The notes under the pieces are model-generated. The model did no database searches, was not told where the DNA came from, and saw nothing but the letters and a program-made list of their open reading frames with translations. Of a stretch of DNA of 64,000 nucleotides, positions 63,882-64,000 are shown in pieces. Every line of letters starts with the position of its first letter. Position 1 is the first letter of the stretch. The translations under genes and the position numbers were made by a program. The stretch covers positions 143,346,001 through 143,410,000 of the forward strand of contig CM059432.1 of the NCBI GenBank assembly GCA_030390025.1, written 5' to 3'. The DNA comes from Squalus acanthias (Eukaryota).

Positions 63882-64000
63882 ATAGAATCCTGCGCATGTG
63901 TTCAAGTACACAGAGCTCGTCCACTCTCCTCTCAACAGTGGTCTAAGTTGACAATTTAATTGCATATTCCCCATCTGCACTATGCAAACAATGCCAGTAC

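Noticed and set aside
63870..63980. NCQLRPLL and VLEHMR peptides reminiscent of NUDCD1 exons 1-2
   Set aside because: Short matches in different frames, no sustained similarity or splice sites, and they abut a transposon end; treated as chance.

Overview
Repeat-rich vertebrate genomic DNA. The repeat content (CR1 and L2 LINEs, Deu-domain SINEs, Penelope-like elements, Harbinger-type MITEs) suggests a cartilaginous fish, probably a shark; this is an inference. The only host gene I can support is NUDCD1 (NudC domain-containing 1 / CML66) on the minus strand. Eight coding exons (equivalent to human exons 3-10) splice in consistent phase into 1488 nt, or 495 aa plus stop; the first two exons lie beyond the window end. 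One intron must use a GC-AG donor. Almost all other long ORFs are decayed LINE ORF2 fragments or their antisense shadows. The most interesting non-coding structure is a set of Penelope-like insertions carrying minimal type I hammerhead ribozyme motifs (CUGANGA...GAAA with palindromic helix III). Two are non-coding foldback elements with a hammerhead on each strand, so intact-looking ribozymes lie sense to the NUDCD1 transcript, one in intron 8 and one about 1.4 kb past the stop codon. Hammerheads in Penelope-like elements are a known class; whether these copies are active or affect the host gene is untested. Also seen: a multi-level nested transposon cluster with readable target-site duplications (TSDs), a snap-back insertion junction, a junction-spanning inverted duplication beside the last exon, and several minisatellites. 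All calls were made by eye, and repeat boundaries without TSDs are approximate.
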